DNA from: Candidatus Shapirobacteria bacterium
Lineage (GTDB): Bacteria; Patescibacteriota; Microgenomatia; UBA12405
Reading direction: 5' to 3'
Assembly (NCBI GenBank): GCA_037142555.1
Contig: JBAXAJ010000001.1
Location: 14,835-78,834, forward strand
Length of the DNA stretch: 64,000 nt
The notes beneath the pieces are model-generated. The model was not told where the DNA came from and searched no databases. It was given only the letters and a program-made list of their open reading frames with translations. The position numbers and the translations under genes were made by a program. Shown piece by piece: positions 1 through 10,136 of the stretch (the first letter of the stretch is position 1; each line of letters opens with the position of its first letter).

Positions 1-306
1 ATTAGTGTCCAAAGCGGTGTTTATATTATTTTTTTTAGCTCTAGAAAAAAGTTTAATCATTTCTTCAACTTGCAAAGTTGGCTCACCACCAGAAACAGTT
101 ATTCCACCTTTTTCACCAAAATATTCTTTTTGGTTTAAAGCTGTTTTAATAATTTCATCAACACTCATTTCCTTGCCACCATTAATTTCAAAAGTATCTG
201 GATTATGACAATAACTACAGCGAAAGTTGCAACCTTGAGTAAAAACTAACAGACGAATTCCTGGTCCCTCACCAGTCCCAAATGTTTCAATTGAGTGTAT
301 TTTCAT
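1..306 (-). CDS. pflA: Pyruvate formate-lyase activating enzyme (radical SAM), runs off the window edge
   Basis: Not in the ORF track. Manual minus-strand translation from ATG at 306 gives MKIHSIETFGTGEGPGIRLLVFTQGCNFRCSYCHNPDT, with the CxxxCxxC motif; lies directly downstream of pflB. Confidence 0.93.
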   Translation of the reverse strand, partial: MKIHSIETFGTGEGPGIRLLVFTQGCNFRCSYCHNPDTFEINGGKEMSVDEIIKTALNQKEYFGEKGGITVSGGEPTLQVEEMIKLFSRAKKNNINTALDTN

Positions 307-310
307 AAAA

Positions 311-2506
311 CTACATGCTTTCAAAAAATGTTCTAGCCAAAACTTCCATTTGTTGTTCTCGATTCAATTTCACAAAGTTAACCGCATAACCAGAGACTCT
401 GATAGTTAATTGAGGATAAAGTTCAGGACTTTCCATGGCTTTAAGCAAAGTTTCTTTATTTAAAATATTCACATTAATATGGTGAGCTCTTTTTTTGAAA
501 TATCCATCCAATAAGGTAGTCAAATTATCTATTTGTTCTTCTAGACTACTACCTAAACTTTTTGGGGTAACAGTAAAAGTATTTGAGACTCCATCTCTAG
601 CATTTTTATAACTAATTTTAGCTACTGAATTTAAAGAAGCAATTGCGCCAGAAGTGTCTCGTCCATGCATCGGATTTGCCCCCGGAGCGAACGGCATTCC
701 GACTTTTCGGGAATCTGGTGTAGTTCCTGTCTTTTTTCCATAAACGACGTTAGAAGTGATTGTCAAAATTGAAAGTGTTGGCATCGCATTTCGATAGATA
801 TGGTGTTTATGTAGTTCTTTATCAAAATTCTCGACTATCCATTTAGCTAAAGAATCAACTTTATCATCATCATTCCCATATTTAGGGAAGTTTCCATCGA
901 TTTCAAAATCAGTTGTGACTCCTAATTCATTTCTTATTGTTTTAACTTTAGCAAATTTAATAGCTGACAAAGAATCTGCTGCCACTGATAAGCCAGCTAA
1001 TCCAAAAGCCATCACTCGATTAACATCAGTGTCCAAAAGGGCCATTTGTGATCGTTCATAATAATATTTATCATGCATGTAATGAATCACATTCATTGTG
1101 TTGACATAATTTTCAGCCAAAAATGTCATTGTTTTTTTAAAATTTTTCGATACTTCTTGGTAGTTCAAAAATTGGCCTTTGACTGGGTCAATTCCTTCAA
1201 TAATCTTAATTCCGGTTAGTTCATCAACACCACCATTTATTGCTAAAAGTAGAGCTTTAGCGATGTTACATCTGGCTCCAAAAAATTGCATTTGTTTACC
1301 AGAATTTAAAAGTGACACACAACAACTGATTCCATAATCATCAACCTTAGCCACATCTCTCATCAAATCATCATTTTCATATTGAATAGATGAAGTGTCA
1401 ATCGACACTTTGGCACAAAATTCTTTAAAAGCTTTAGGTAGTTTTTCTGACCATAAAACAGTCAAATTTGGTTCTGGAGAGGCACCTAAATTATATAGAG
1501 TTTGTAAAAATCGGTAACTAGTTTTAGTAACTTTATGCTGACCATTTTGCCACATACCACCTAAAGATTCAGTAATCCAAGTTGGGTCACCAGCAAAAAG
1601 TAAATTATATTCGTCAGTCCTTAAATGTCTAACTAATCTCAATTTTATAATTAATTGATCAATCAATTCTTGAGCCTGACTTTCGTTTATTAATCCGCTT
1701 TTAAGATCTTTTTCAATATAAATATCCAAAAAATTACTAACATTTCCAAGGCTCATTGCTGCTCCATCTTGTTCCTTAACTGCTGATAAATAGGCAAAAT
1801 ATGTCCATTGAACTGCTTCTTTTGCACTGACTGCTGGGACACTTATATCAAAGCCATATCTTTCAGCCATTTTTTTCATCAATTCCAAAGCATTAATTTG
1901 TTCACTAATTTCTTCTCGAAGTCTAATTTTTTCATCAGTCATCGAACCTAACAAATTTTCTTTATCTTGTTTCTTGTCAGCAATTAATTTATCTATTCCA
2001 TAAAGAGCCACTCTTCGATAATCACCAATAATTCGACCTCGAGCATAAGCATCAGGCAAACCAGTTAAAACTCCAGTTTTTCTTAACTTCAACATTTCAT
2101 CAGTGTAAGCGTCAAAGACCCCATGATTATGAGTTTTTCTGTATTTGGTAAAAGTTTCTAAAACATGTTTATCAATTTCTTTACCATTTTCTTCACAAGC
2201 ATGTTTAATCGCTCTAATTCCTCCAAAAGGTTTAATAGCTCTTTTTAATGGAGCATCAGTTTGTAATCCAACAATAATTTCCAATTTTTTATCAATATAA
2301 CCAGCTTTATGGCTATCAATAGTTGAAATTGTTTCAGTATCAATGTCTAAAACTCCACCAGCATCGGCTTCTTTTTTTAATAATTTTTGGCACTCAGTCC
2401 ATAGTTTTTTTGTTTTTGAAGTTGCTCCACTTAAGAAAGAAGCATCTCCATCATAGGCTTTTATATTTTTAAACACAAAATCCCTTACGTTTATATTCAT
2501 ATTCAT
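311..2506 (-). CDS. pflB: Pyruvate formate-lyase (formate C-acetyltransferase)
   Basis: [17 protein letters not shown], catalytic ISCCVS, glycyl-radical loop IRVSGYAV. Confidence 0.97.
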   Translation of the reverse strand: MNMNINVRDFVFKNIKAYDGDASFLSGATSKTKKLWTECQKLLKKEADAGGVLDIDTETISTIDSHKAGYIDKKLEIIVGLQTDAPLKRAIKPFGGIRAIKHACEENGKEIDKHVLETFTKYRKTHNHGVFDAYTDEMLKLRKTGVLTGLPDAYARGRIIGDYRRVALYGIDKLIADKKQDKENLLGSMTDEKIRLREEISEQINALELMKKMAERYGFDISVPAVSAKEAVQWTYFAYLSAVKEQDGAAMSLGNVSNFLDIYIEKDLKSGLINESQAQELIDQLIIKLRLVRHLRTDEYNLLFAGDPTWITESLGGMWQNGQHKVTKTSYRFLQTLYNLGASPEPNLTVLWSEKLPKAFKEFCAKVSIDTSSIQYENDDLMRDVAKVDDYGISCCVSLLNSGKQMQFFGARCNIAKALLLAINGGVDELTGIKIIEGIDPVKGQFLNYQEVSKNFKKTMTFLAENYVNTMNVIHYMHDKYYYERSQMALLDTDVNRVMAFGLAGLSVAADSLSAIKFAKVKTIRNELGVTTDFEIDGNFPKYGNDDDKVDSLAKWIVENFDKELHKHHIYRNAMPTLSILTITSNVVYGKKTGTTPDSRKVGMPFAPGANPMHGRDTSGAIASLNSVAKISYKNARDGVSNTFTVTPKSLGSSLEEQIDNLTTLLDGYFKKRAHHINVNILNKETLLKAMESPELYPQLTIRVSGYAVNFVKLNREQQMEVLARTFFESM

Positions 2507-2552
2507 AGATTGTTTATTATAGTTTACAACTTAAAAATTACCAGTTCCAATA

Positions 2553-3350
2553 TCAAATTGCTTTTTTTCTTTTTTCCCAAGCCATTTTTGCTTCATCAAA
2601 CATCAATTTTCTTTTTTCTTTTTCCTCTTTAGTATCATATTTATCAAAAGTGTTATTTGGGGTTTCATTAAAAATTTCAGAAATATTTTCTTCCCAACTA
2701 TTTAGTTGCCAATCAATCATTGGATATTTTTTAGAATTTTCAATTAGTTTTGGGATTTGGTTGGATGAAACATTTTCCGCTAACCATTGTAAATTACTTT
2801 TTAAAGCACTATCCATTCCTACACTTTTTGATCTTTTCCAAGCTTTAACAGCAGTTCTCATATAGCCAATTCTTTCAACCATATTAAAAGCTTCACCTAA
2901 TTTAGATTCTGGGTCAAAAATAATTTCATCAATCGCAATATTAATTTTTTCTGCCAATTTATCACCATGTTTTCCATATAACTCTTCAGTTATTTTTTTC
3001 AAAACATCTTTTTCTTCTTTCTCATCATTTTCAGTTTTAAAATCATAATTTATATCATCATTAATTGCTTCACCATGGTCATGAATTATTGCCGCCAAAA
3101 GAATTAATTCTTTTTCATCTTCATTAAAATCACAATTTCTGACAAATAAATTAGCTATCCCGTAAGTAAATAAAATATGATCTAGATTATTAATGTCACA
3201 TTTACCTAATAATTTTTCCCAATTCTGGTTATCGATTTCTGGTAGTTTATATCTATCAAATCTAATTTTTCTCGATAATATTTCACCATATTGACTCTGG
3301 GCAAATTCAGAGTGAACCTCTCGCATATTTATTCGACCACTTTCTTTCAT
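2553..3350 (-). CDS. HD-domain metal-dependent phosphohydrolase
   Basis: H...AAIIHDHGE motif. Confidence 0.7.
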   Translation of the reverse strand: MKESGRINMREVHSEFAQSQYGEILSRKIRFDRYKLPEIDNQNWEKLLGKCDINNLDHILFTYGIANLFVRNCDFNEDEKELILLAAIIHDHGEAINDDINYDFKTENDEKEEKDVLKKITEELYGKHGDKLAEKINIAIDEIIFDPESKLGEAFNMVERIGYMRTAVKAWKRSKSVGMDSALKSNLQWLAENVSSNQIPKLIENSKKYPMIDWQLNSWEENISEIFNETPNNTFDKYDTKEEKEKRKLMFDEAKMAWEKRKKAI

Positions 3351-3379
3351 TTGAAATGGATTTTACCGCAAAATTTTAG

Positions 3380-3444
3380 TATAATCCAGCGGCACGTTAA
3401 AATAACAAAAAAAATCGAGAAAGAAGAGAGGAAAGGTGAGTTTT
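3380..3444 (+). promoter_or_regulatory. purB promoter and leader: -10 TATAAT, boxA-like GCACGTTAAAA, 5' pairing arm, SD-like GAAAGGTGAG
   Basis: TATAAT 3380-3385; GCACGTTAAAA 3392-3402; TTAAAATAACAA 3397-3408 is the exact reverse complement of 4846-4857. Confidence 0.65.
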
Positions 3445-4839
3445 ATGAGTAAAGAGAGTACACAGTTAATGGCGATTAGTCCAATAGACGGTCGTTATGC
3501 AGAGAAGGTAGAGGAGTTATCACCAATCATGAGCGAAGGAGGATTGATTCAACGTCGAATTAAAGCAGAATGTGTTTACTTTTTAATGTTGTCAGATTAT
3601 GGCATCACTAGGAAATTAACATCTTTTGAAAGGAAACTTATAGAAAAAGTTATTTCTAAAGGGATAACTTTAAAGGACATGATGAGAATCAAAGAACTTG
3701 AGAAAGAAAAAAATCATGATGTTAAAGCAGTTGAATCTTGGCTAGTAGAGCATTTTAAAAGTACTTCTATTAGTGATTTAGTAGACTATTTTCATTTTTG
3801 TTTGACATCTGAGGACATTAATAATATTAGTTATAGGTTGCAACTTAAAGATGCAAAGGATGAAATTATTGTTCCTAAAATTGACGAAATCATTGATTCA
3901 CTTATGAAAATGGCAATAGAACTTTCAAGGATGCCAATGCTAGGGAGAACTCATGGTCAAGCTGCTGTTCCAACTACGGTTGGGAAAGAACTATCTAATT
4001 TTGCTGTTAGGTTAAATAAAGAAAATAGAAAATTAGAAAAATTCATGTTGACGGGTAAGATTAACGGAGCAGTAGGGAACTATAACGCTATTAATTTTAT
4101 CGCTCCAAATATTAATCTTTTTCCTTTTTCTGAAACTTATGTTTCAAGATTAGGTTTAGAGCTTAATTTATTTACAACCCAAATCAATGCGCCGGAAGAC
4201 ATTGTTGAATGTTTGCAAATTTTACAAAGAATCAACGGAATTTTAGTGGATTTATGTCAAGACATGTGGAGATATATCTCCGATGACTGGTTTAAACAAC
4301 AAAAGAAAGCTGGGGAAGTCGGATCATCAACAATGCCTCAAAAAGTAAATCCAATTGACTTCGAGAATGGAGAAGCAAACTTGCAAATGGCAAATTCAAT
4401 TATTTCTGGATTTGTTAACAAGTTACAAATTTCTCGTCTTCAAAGAGATTTGACTGACAGCTCAACATTGCGTAATCTCGGAACAATTTTAGCTCACATT
4501 TTAGTTGCTTGTAAAAGTACTATGAAAGGTTTAAGTAAAGTTTCACTGAATGAAGAAGCAACTTCAGCTGCTTTGGCTAAAAATTGGGCTATATTGTCTG
4601 AACCAGTTCAGTTAATTTTGAAAAAATATTCAAATGTTGAGGATGCCTACAGCCTTGTAAAAGACTTTTTCCGTGGTGAGTATATTTTCAAAAAAGAGTA
4701 TCAAGAATATATTGGAACTCTTCCATTAGAATCAGACATCAAAGAAAGACTGATGGGTTTGACTCCTGTAAACTATATTGGTATCGCACCAGAATTAGTT
4801 GAAGAAGCAGACTATCAAATCAAGAAATCTCGAAAGTAA
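3445..4839 (+). CDS. purB: Adenylosuccinate lyase
   Basis: AISPIDGRY, GRTHGQAAVPTT, signature GSSTMPQKVNPIDFEN, SRLQRDLTDS; ATG at 3445 follows the SD-like GAAAGGTGAG. Confidence 0.96.
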   Translation: MSKESTQLMAISPIDGRYAEKVEELSPIMSEGGLIQRRIKAECVYFLMLSDYGITRKLTSFERKLIEKVISKGITLKDMMRIKELEKEKNHDVKAVESWLVEHFKSTSISDLVDYFHFCLTSEDINNISYRLQLKDAKDEIIVPKIDEIIDSLMKMAIELSRMPMLGRTHGQAAVPTTVGKELSNFAVRLNKENRKLEKFMLTGKINGAVGNYNAINFIAPNINLFPFSETYVSRLGLELNLFTTQINAPEDIVECLQILQRINGILVDLCQDMWRYISDDWFKQQKKAGEVGSSTMPQKVNPIDFENGEANLQMANSIISGFVNKLQISRLQRDLTDSSTLRNLGTILAHILVACKSTMKGLSKVSLNEEATSAALAKNWAILSEPVQLILKKYSNVEDAYSLVKDFFRGEYIFKKEYQEYIGTLPLESDIKERLMGLTPVNYIGIAPELVEEADYQIKKSRK

Positions 4840-4861
4840 AAAAAGTTGTTATTTTAAACGA

Positions 4862-4909
4862 ATCCCTTTTAAAAATGGTTTTATACCAAATTTCTAAGGG
4901 GTTTTTTTT
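4862..4909 (+). terminator. Imperfect hairpin plus U-tract after purB
   Basis: CCCTT 4864-4868 / AAGGG 4896-4900, inner TGGT/ACCA, followed by T8. Confidence 0.6.
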
Positions 4910-4912
4910 GGC

Positions 4913-4946
4913 CAAAAAAAACGGGGTACTTTTTACAGTACCCCGT
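4913..4946 (-). terminator. Intrinsic terminator of the RRM gene
   Basis: Perfect 10-bp stem ACGGGGTACT 4921-4930 / AGTACCCCGT 4937-4946, with an A-run upstream on + (U-tract on minus). Confidence 0.85.
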
Positions 4947-4970
4947 TATTCATTTATTAGTCGAGATTAA

Positions 4971-5306
4971 TTAGAATCTGGATCTATTACCGCCACCAAA
5001 ACCGCCTCGGCTGTCAGAACCACCTCTTGAGAAATTATCTCTTCGTGGAGGTCTGTCTTCCATAGGTCTAGCTTCATTGACTTTAACAGTTCGACCGTCT
5101 AATTCTTTGTCGTTCCACATTTGAATAGCTGCTTCAGCTTCTTCATCAGTGCTCATTTCTACGAATCCGAATCCTTTAGATCTTCCTGAGAACTTGTCTT
5201 TAATAACGATTGCAGAAACTACTGTTCCTGCTTGAGCAAATGCTGCTCCTAATGCTTCGTCGGTAGTATCAAAAGATAATCCTCCGACATACAATTTTTT
5301 AGCCAT
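4971..5306 (-). CDS. RRM (RNP-1) RNA-binding protein with Gly/Arg-rich tail
   Basis: KLYVGGL (RNP2), SKGFGFVEM (RNP1), VNEARP. Confidence 0.95.
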   Translation of the reverse strand: MAKKLYVGGLSFDTTDEALGAAFAQAGTVVSAIVIKDKFSGRSKGFGFVEMSTDEEAEAAIQMWNDKELDGRTVKVNEARPMEDRPPRRDNFSRGGSDSRGGFGGGNRSRF

Positions 5307-5419
5307 TGTTTTTAAAATATTTAACTACTGTAGATCTTTTCTAAATATCTACAATGTATATTGTATCCTATTTTAGAAAAATTGCTTGACATAGAATCTT
5401 TATATTGCTTTAATTCATT

Positions 5420-5743
5420 ATGAAAGGTTTTTTACAATTCATTCGTGAACAAGGAGTAGTCGGTTTAGCAGTCGGTTTCATTATGGGTGGTTCCATCACC
5501 AAGATGGTCACTTCTCTAGTCAACGACATAGTCAATCCATCTCTTGGTATCCTAATCGGCAAGGCTGGCGACCTAAAATCAAATTTTTTCCAAATTGGTT
5601 CAGCCAAAATCATGTGGGGAACTTTCCTTAGTAGTGTCATTGATTTTGCCATTATTGCTTTGATTGTTTACTTTGGTGTCAAGGTTCTAGGCCTAGATAA
5701 ACTAGACAAAAAGAAAGAAAGTAAGCAAAAAAAAGTAAAATAA
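5420..5743 (+). CDS. mscL: Large-conductance mechanosensitive channel
   Basis: F..FI...VVGLAVGFIMG...LVNDIVNP...G.FLSSVIDF. Confidence 0.88.
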   Translation: MKGFLQFIREQGVVGLAVGFIMGGSITKMVTSLVNDIVNPSLGILIGKAGDLKSNFFQIGSAKIMWGTFLSSVIDFAIIALIVYFGVKVLGLDKLDKKKESKQKKVK

Positions 5744-5746
5744 ATC

Positions 5747-7084
5747 ATGTTCAAATTCTTCGCAAGATTTTTTGTCACTCTAATATTTCTATCTCTAATA
5801 ACTTTAGTTATTTTTAATTTCTTTTTTAAAGAACAAATAGTTCCTATCTCTGGAACTGGTTCTATGTATCCAACTTTCCCAAAACATGAGTCAACCACTA
5901 AAATGATGGTCTATCCTAGTGGCGTTAAATTATTTGATAAAACATTTTTTGATTATAAAATTGGCCACGGAGACATTGTTGCTTTTGAAAATGAAGAAAC
6001 TAAAAAAAACACCAAAGAACTATATGGAAAGGAAAGTGGTTATATAAAAAGAGTAATTGCTCTTCCAGGCGACACTATTGAAATCAGAGATGCGCTCATA
6101 ATTTTAAATTCTTCACCTTTAAAAGAACCATACACTGCCCTAGCCAGATCAACTTTTGGCGGTAATTTTTTGTCAGATTGCCATTCCCTAAAAATTCCAG
6201 AAGGAAAATTATTTGTGATGGGGGACAATCGTAAAGGCAGCAGCGATTCTCGTTATGAGCTAGGTCTAATTGATTTCAAAGATATTAGCCATGTCATTCC
6301 ACTCTCAAAACAAATTGGGACTCTAGACAAAAATTGGCATGACACCACCAACGACTTCAAAAATTCTGCAAAAATTAAACTAGACCCACAAGAATATGTG
6401 GATCTCTTAAATCAAAAACGAAAAGAGGCTAATTTAAAAGAACTAAAATATAATCCAAAACTAAATAAATCAGCCGAACTTAGGGCACAAAACATCATAA
6501 AATTTGATGACTTTTCTTTTGAAGCCACCAGAAGTGGATACACAATAGAAAAGGCTGTAAGTGATGCTAATTATTCAAACATTGTCTATGGAGAAGTCCC
6601 AACCAGTGGTTATTATGATGCCCAAGAACTGGTCGATAACTATTTTCAATTTGCCTCTTCTAAAAAATTCATGCTTAATAAAGATTATCAGGACATTGGA
6701 ATTGCCACTGTCGAAGGCTCAATCAATGGTTGTCCAACCCAAGTTATTGTTCAACATCTAGCTGGTTATTTTCCTCCAAATTATAAAAAAGAAGATATTC
6801 AAGCTTGGCAAAATAATTTAAATAATTTAAAAGAAGTCCAAACAGGGTGGTCATCTCTAAAAGACAAAGTTGATTTTTATAATAACAATAAAAGTGATGT
6901 CGACCGACTTAATCAAATTATTAGCAATAGAATCACTAACATCAGCGCTATAGTTAAAAAAATGTCTTCAAATTTATGGTTGTCAAAACCAGAAACAGAT
7001 TATACCTATCAAGATAGAAAACTCTTTGAAGAACAACAATCTCTTTCAGATAAGATAAATAACCAAATCAAAAATATTCGATAA
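5747..7084 (+). CDS. lepB: Signal peptidase I (S26) fused to a CAP/SCP domain and a coiled-coil tail
   Basis: TM helix, GSMYPT (Ser), YIKRVIALPGD (Lys), GDNRKGSSDSR; then LNQKRKEANL..L.YN..L..SA..RA...DIGI typical of CAP domains. Confidence 0.85.
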   Translation: MFKFFARFFVTLIFLSLITLVIFNFFFKEQIVPISGTGSMYPTFPKHESTTKMMVYPSGVKLFDKTFFDYKIGHGDIVAFENEETKKNTKELYGKESGYIKRVIALPGDTIEIRDALIILNSSPLKEPYTALARSTFGGNFLSDCHSLKIPEGKLFVMGDNRKGSSDSRYELGLIDFKDISHVIPLSKQIGTLDKNWHDTTNDFKNSAKIKLDPQEYVDLLNQKRKEANLKELKYNPKLNKSAELRAQNIIKFDDFSFEATRSGYTIEKAVSDANYSNIVYGEVPTSGYYDAQELVDNYFQFASSKKFMLNKDYQDIGIATVEGSINGCPTQVIVQHLAGYFPPNYKKEDIQAWQNNLNNLKEVQTGWSSLKDKVDFYNNNKSDVDRLNQIISNRITNISAIVKKMSSNLWLSKPETDYTYQDRKLFEEQQSLSDKINNQIKNIR

Positions 7085-7088
7085 TAAT

Positions 7089-8771
7089 TTATTTCTTAGC
7101 CACAGCTTCCAAGAAAGCCATGAAAACTGGGTGTGGAGTCAATGGTCTAGCAATATATTCTGGATGAAATTGAGTAGCCACAAAAAATGGATGATTGTTT
7201 ATTTCAACCGCTTCAACTAATCTGCCATCAGGTGAAGTTCCAGAAATAACTAACCCAGCTTTTTCTAGTTGTTCTCTGAAATCATTATTCACTTCATATC
7301 GATGTCGATGTCTTTCGTAAATAATATTATCCATGCCAGTTGGAGCCACATTTAATCCATTGGAATTATTCCAAGGCATTTCTTCTCCTTTCCCAAACTT
7401 ATCATATGCCGCTGCTAATTTTGTCTTTTTAACTAACTTGCATGGCCAAGAACCTAAACGGATTGTGCCACCATATTGTTTTTTTTCTAAATACTTTTTT
7501 TGATCTGGCATTATATAGACAACTGGGAATTTAGTGTCTTTATTAACTTCAATTGAATTAGCATTCTTTAACCCAAGCACATTGCGAGCAAATTCAATTA
7601 CTGCCATTTGCATTCCAAAACATAAACCTAAATAAGGGATTTTATTTTCTCTAGCATATTTAACTGCTATGATTTTTCCCTCAGCTCCTCTGGTTCCCCA
7701 ACCTTGTGGAACTACAATTCCGTCATAACCTTTCAAACTTACTTTTTTATTTTCCACATCATCACTATTAATCCAAGCTAATTCTGGAACTAATTTTTGG
7801 GTCCAAGCCGCTTGTTTAATAGCTTCAATGACTGACACATAAGAATCAGTTAATTTATTATCACCAGTCACAAAATATTTTCCAACTAAAGCAATCTTAA
7901 CTTTTTTGACTGACTTCTCTTTATTTTCTACAAATTTATTCCATTCTTTTAATCCTGGAGCTGAAGCTTTAAGTTTTAAACTTAGTTTTTTTAATATTTT
8001 TTCTGCAAATTTTTGTTCTTCAAAATAAGCTGGTAATTTATAGACACTATCTAAGTCTGGGTTAAGGATTATTCCTTCTGGTTCGACATTGCAAAACATT
8101 GCTAATTTCTCTTTTCTCTTTAAATCAATCCCTTGTTCACTTCGAGCCACTAAAAAATCAGCTTGAATTCCCATAGCATTTAATAGATGAGTTGATTGTT
8201 GAGCTGGTTTGCTTTTAAGTTCACCAATATTTTTCAAAAATGGTAAGTAAGTTACATGGATTTGCAAAACATTTTTCGGTTCTTTAAATTTCAATATTCT
8301 ACTAGCTTCAAAAAATAGTCCATTTTGGTATTCACCAACAGTTCCACCTAGTTCAATAATAACTATATCTGCCTTGTTTATTTTTCCAGCTTTTTTAATT
8401 CGATTAATAATTTCATCAGTCACATGGGGGATTGCTTCAACATCTTCTCCCTCATAACCAAAAGCTCTTTCTCGATCTATTACTGCTTTATAAACTTGTC
8501 CAGTTGTGATGTAATTATCTTTTCTTAAAGTTGCTCCAATAAATCTTTCATAATTTCCTAAATCTTGGTCTGTCTCCATTCCATCTTCGGTCACAAACAC
8601 TTCACCATGTTCTTGTGGTCTAATGGTTCCAGCATCAACATTCAAATACATATCGATTTTAATGTTAGTAATTTTGAAACCTTTTGACTTAAGTAGTAGT
8701 CCAATAGTAGCGGCAGTAATTCCCTTTCCTAATCCACTAACAACTCCACCAGATACAAAAATATACTTCAT
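7089..8771 (-). CDS. pyrG: CTP synthase
   Basis: MKYIFVSGGVVSGLGKG, GLCFGMQ, ERHRHRYEVN, QFHPE; start placed at ATG 8771. Confidence 0.97.
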   Translation of the reverse strand: MKYIFVSGGVVSGLGKGITAATIGLLLKSKGFKITNIKIDMYLNVDAGTIRPQEHGEVFVTEDGMETDQDLGNYERFIGATLRKDNYITTGQVYKAVIDRERAFGYEGEDVEAIPHVTDEIINRIKKAGKINKADIVIIELGGTVGEYQNGLFFEASRILKFKEPKNVLQIHVTYLPFLKNIGELKSKPAQQSTHLLNAMGIQADFLVARSEQGIDLKRKEKLAMFCNVEPEGIILNPDLDSVYKLPAYFEEQKFAEKILKKLSLKLKASAPGLKEWNKFVENKEKSVKKVKIALVGKYFVTGDNKLTDSYVSVIEAIKQAAWTQKLVPELAWINSDDVENKKVSLKGYDGIVVPQGWGTRGAEGKIIAVKYARENKIPYLGLCFGMQMAVIEFARNVLGLKNANSIEVNKDTKFPVVYIMPDQKKYLEKKQYGGTIRLGSWPCKLVKKTKLAAAYDKFGKGEEMPWNNSNGLNVAPTGMDNIIYERHRHRYEVNNDFREQLEKAGLVISGTSPDGRLVEAVEINNHPFFVATQFHPEYIARPLTPHPVFMAFLEAVAKK

Positions 8772-8810
8772 GTTAACCATTATAATTTAAAATTTTTTAA
8801 AAAACAGGCC

Positions 8811-10127
8811 TTAATTTTTCCAAGTTTCCAAAGTCACTTCTCTGTAATTTTCTTCACCTATTTTTGTGTAACCAAAACTTTTTAATGAAGCCACATGATC
8901 AAATCCATGGATTGCTTCAGCATAAGAAACTACTTTAATTTCATTTTCATTTGGTTTTCTAGTTTTCAAATCTTTAATGATCACATCTGGTCGGTAATAT
9001 TTAATTGGGTCTGAAACTGATTCTATAATATATAAGGCTTTAGTATTATCTAGATTATTAGCCAAACTTTTCCAGTCTTCACGATGGAAAGCTGGATTTA
9101 ATAAATAAACAAAAGTCCAAACTCCAAAGCCTAAAATCAAGAATATCTTTTGCCAATTTTTATTAACAGCAAATGCTAAAGCTAAACTTAAAATTGGTAA
9201 TAAATATATAAATCTAAAATATTGCATTAATGGTGAGAAAAACGAAAAACCAAACCCTAAGATTATTGGAACTATAAATAAAAATCCAAATATTTTATTT
9301 TTCAAAAATCCTTTAAAGGTAAAAATAAAAACTATCAAGGTCCACAACCCAGCCACTAAATAATACAAATTCTTTGGGAAAAAACTAATTTTTCCAACAC
9401 TAAATTTCAAAGGTATTAATAAAACATCTTTCAAATTTGGCAGACCTAGAACCAAATGCCAATTTACTACTTGAGCCAACATCGATCTAGAATTTTTAAT
9501 TTGAGTAAATAATAATGGAGACAAAAGTCCGATTGCCAAAACTATTCCAATATTAGTTATAAAAAATAATTTGAATTTTCTTTTAACTAATAAATAAATT
9601 GCCAAAGCTGCTAATAAAAATATTGATCCATAAAAACAACTAAAACTCAAAAAAGCAAACAAATTAAAGCCAATAATATTTCCTATTTTTATTTTCTTAT
9701 CTTTAATTATTTTAATAAAGTTATACAAAACTATAGTCAAAAACATTACCGCCATTGAATACATTCTTAAATCTTGAGAAAAATAAACAAAGAGGGGATT
9801 TATTGATAATAATAGTGCAGCCAATAATCCTATCTTTTTATCCTTAATTTTTTTACCAATTAAATAAGTAAAAAATATAGTTATTAATGAAAATAAAACT
9901 GAAGACAATCTTAATGTGAATATTTCAGTTCCAAAAACTTTTGCCCACAAATTTAAAAACATATAATATAAAGGTGGATGAAAATCTGAAATTGAGAATA
10001 GTCTAGGAATGTCTAAAAAGAAATAATGACTGGCCACACTAATTGAAACTGCTTCGTCTAACCAAATCGATTGATTCAATGCCAATATTCTTAATAATAG
10101 GCTGACAGCTAATAAAATAAATATCAT
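8811..10127 (-). CDS. GT-C fold glycosyltransferase (PMT_2/GT39-GT83-like)
   Basis: SIWLDEA, DFHPPLYY, RMYS; multiple TM helices. Confidence 0.85.
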   Translation of the reverse strand: MIFILLAVSLLLRILALNQSIWLDEAVSISVASHYFFLDIPRLFSISDFHPPLYYMFLNLWAKVFGTEIFTLRLSSVLFSLITIFFTYLIGKKIKDKKIGLLAALLLSINPLFVYFSQDLRMYSMAVMFLTIVLYNFIKIIKDKKIKIGNIIGFNLFAFLSFSCFYGSIFLLAALAIYLLVKRKFKLFFITNIGIVLAIGLLSPLLFTQIKNSRSMLAQVVNWHLVLGLPNLKDVLLIPLKFSVGKISFFPKNLYYLVAGLWTLIVFIFTFKGFLKNKIFGFLFIVPIILGFGFSFFSPLMQYFRFIYLLPILSLALAFAVNKNWQKIFLILGFGVWTFVYLLNPAFHREDWKSLANNLDNTKALYIIESVSDPIKYYRPDVIIKDLKTRKPNENEIKVVSYAEAIHGFDHVASLKSFGYTKIGEENYREVTLETWKN

Positions 10128-10136
10128 TCTTTCAAA

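Noticed and set aside
5-208. ORF-track 67-aa plus-strand ORF
   Set aside because: Antisense shadow of pflA, which has a clear radical SAM motif on the minus strand.
5329-5353. TGTAGAT...ATCTACA inverted repeat upstream of the RRM gene, reminiscent of a Cas12a repeat stem
   Set aside because: Single copy, no array or cas genes; more simply a 5' UTR hairpin.
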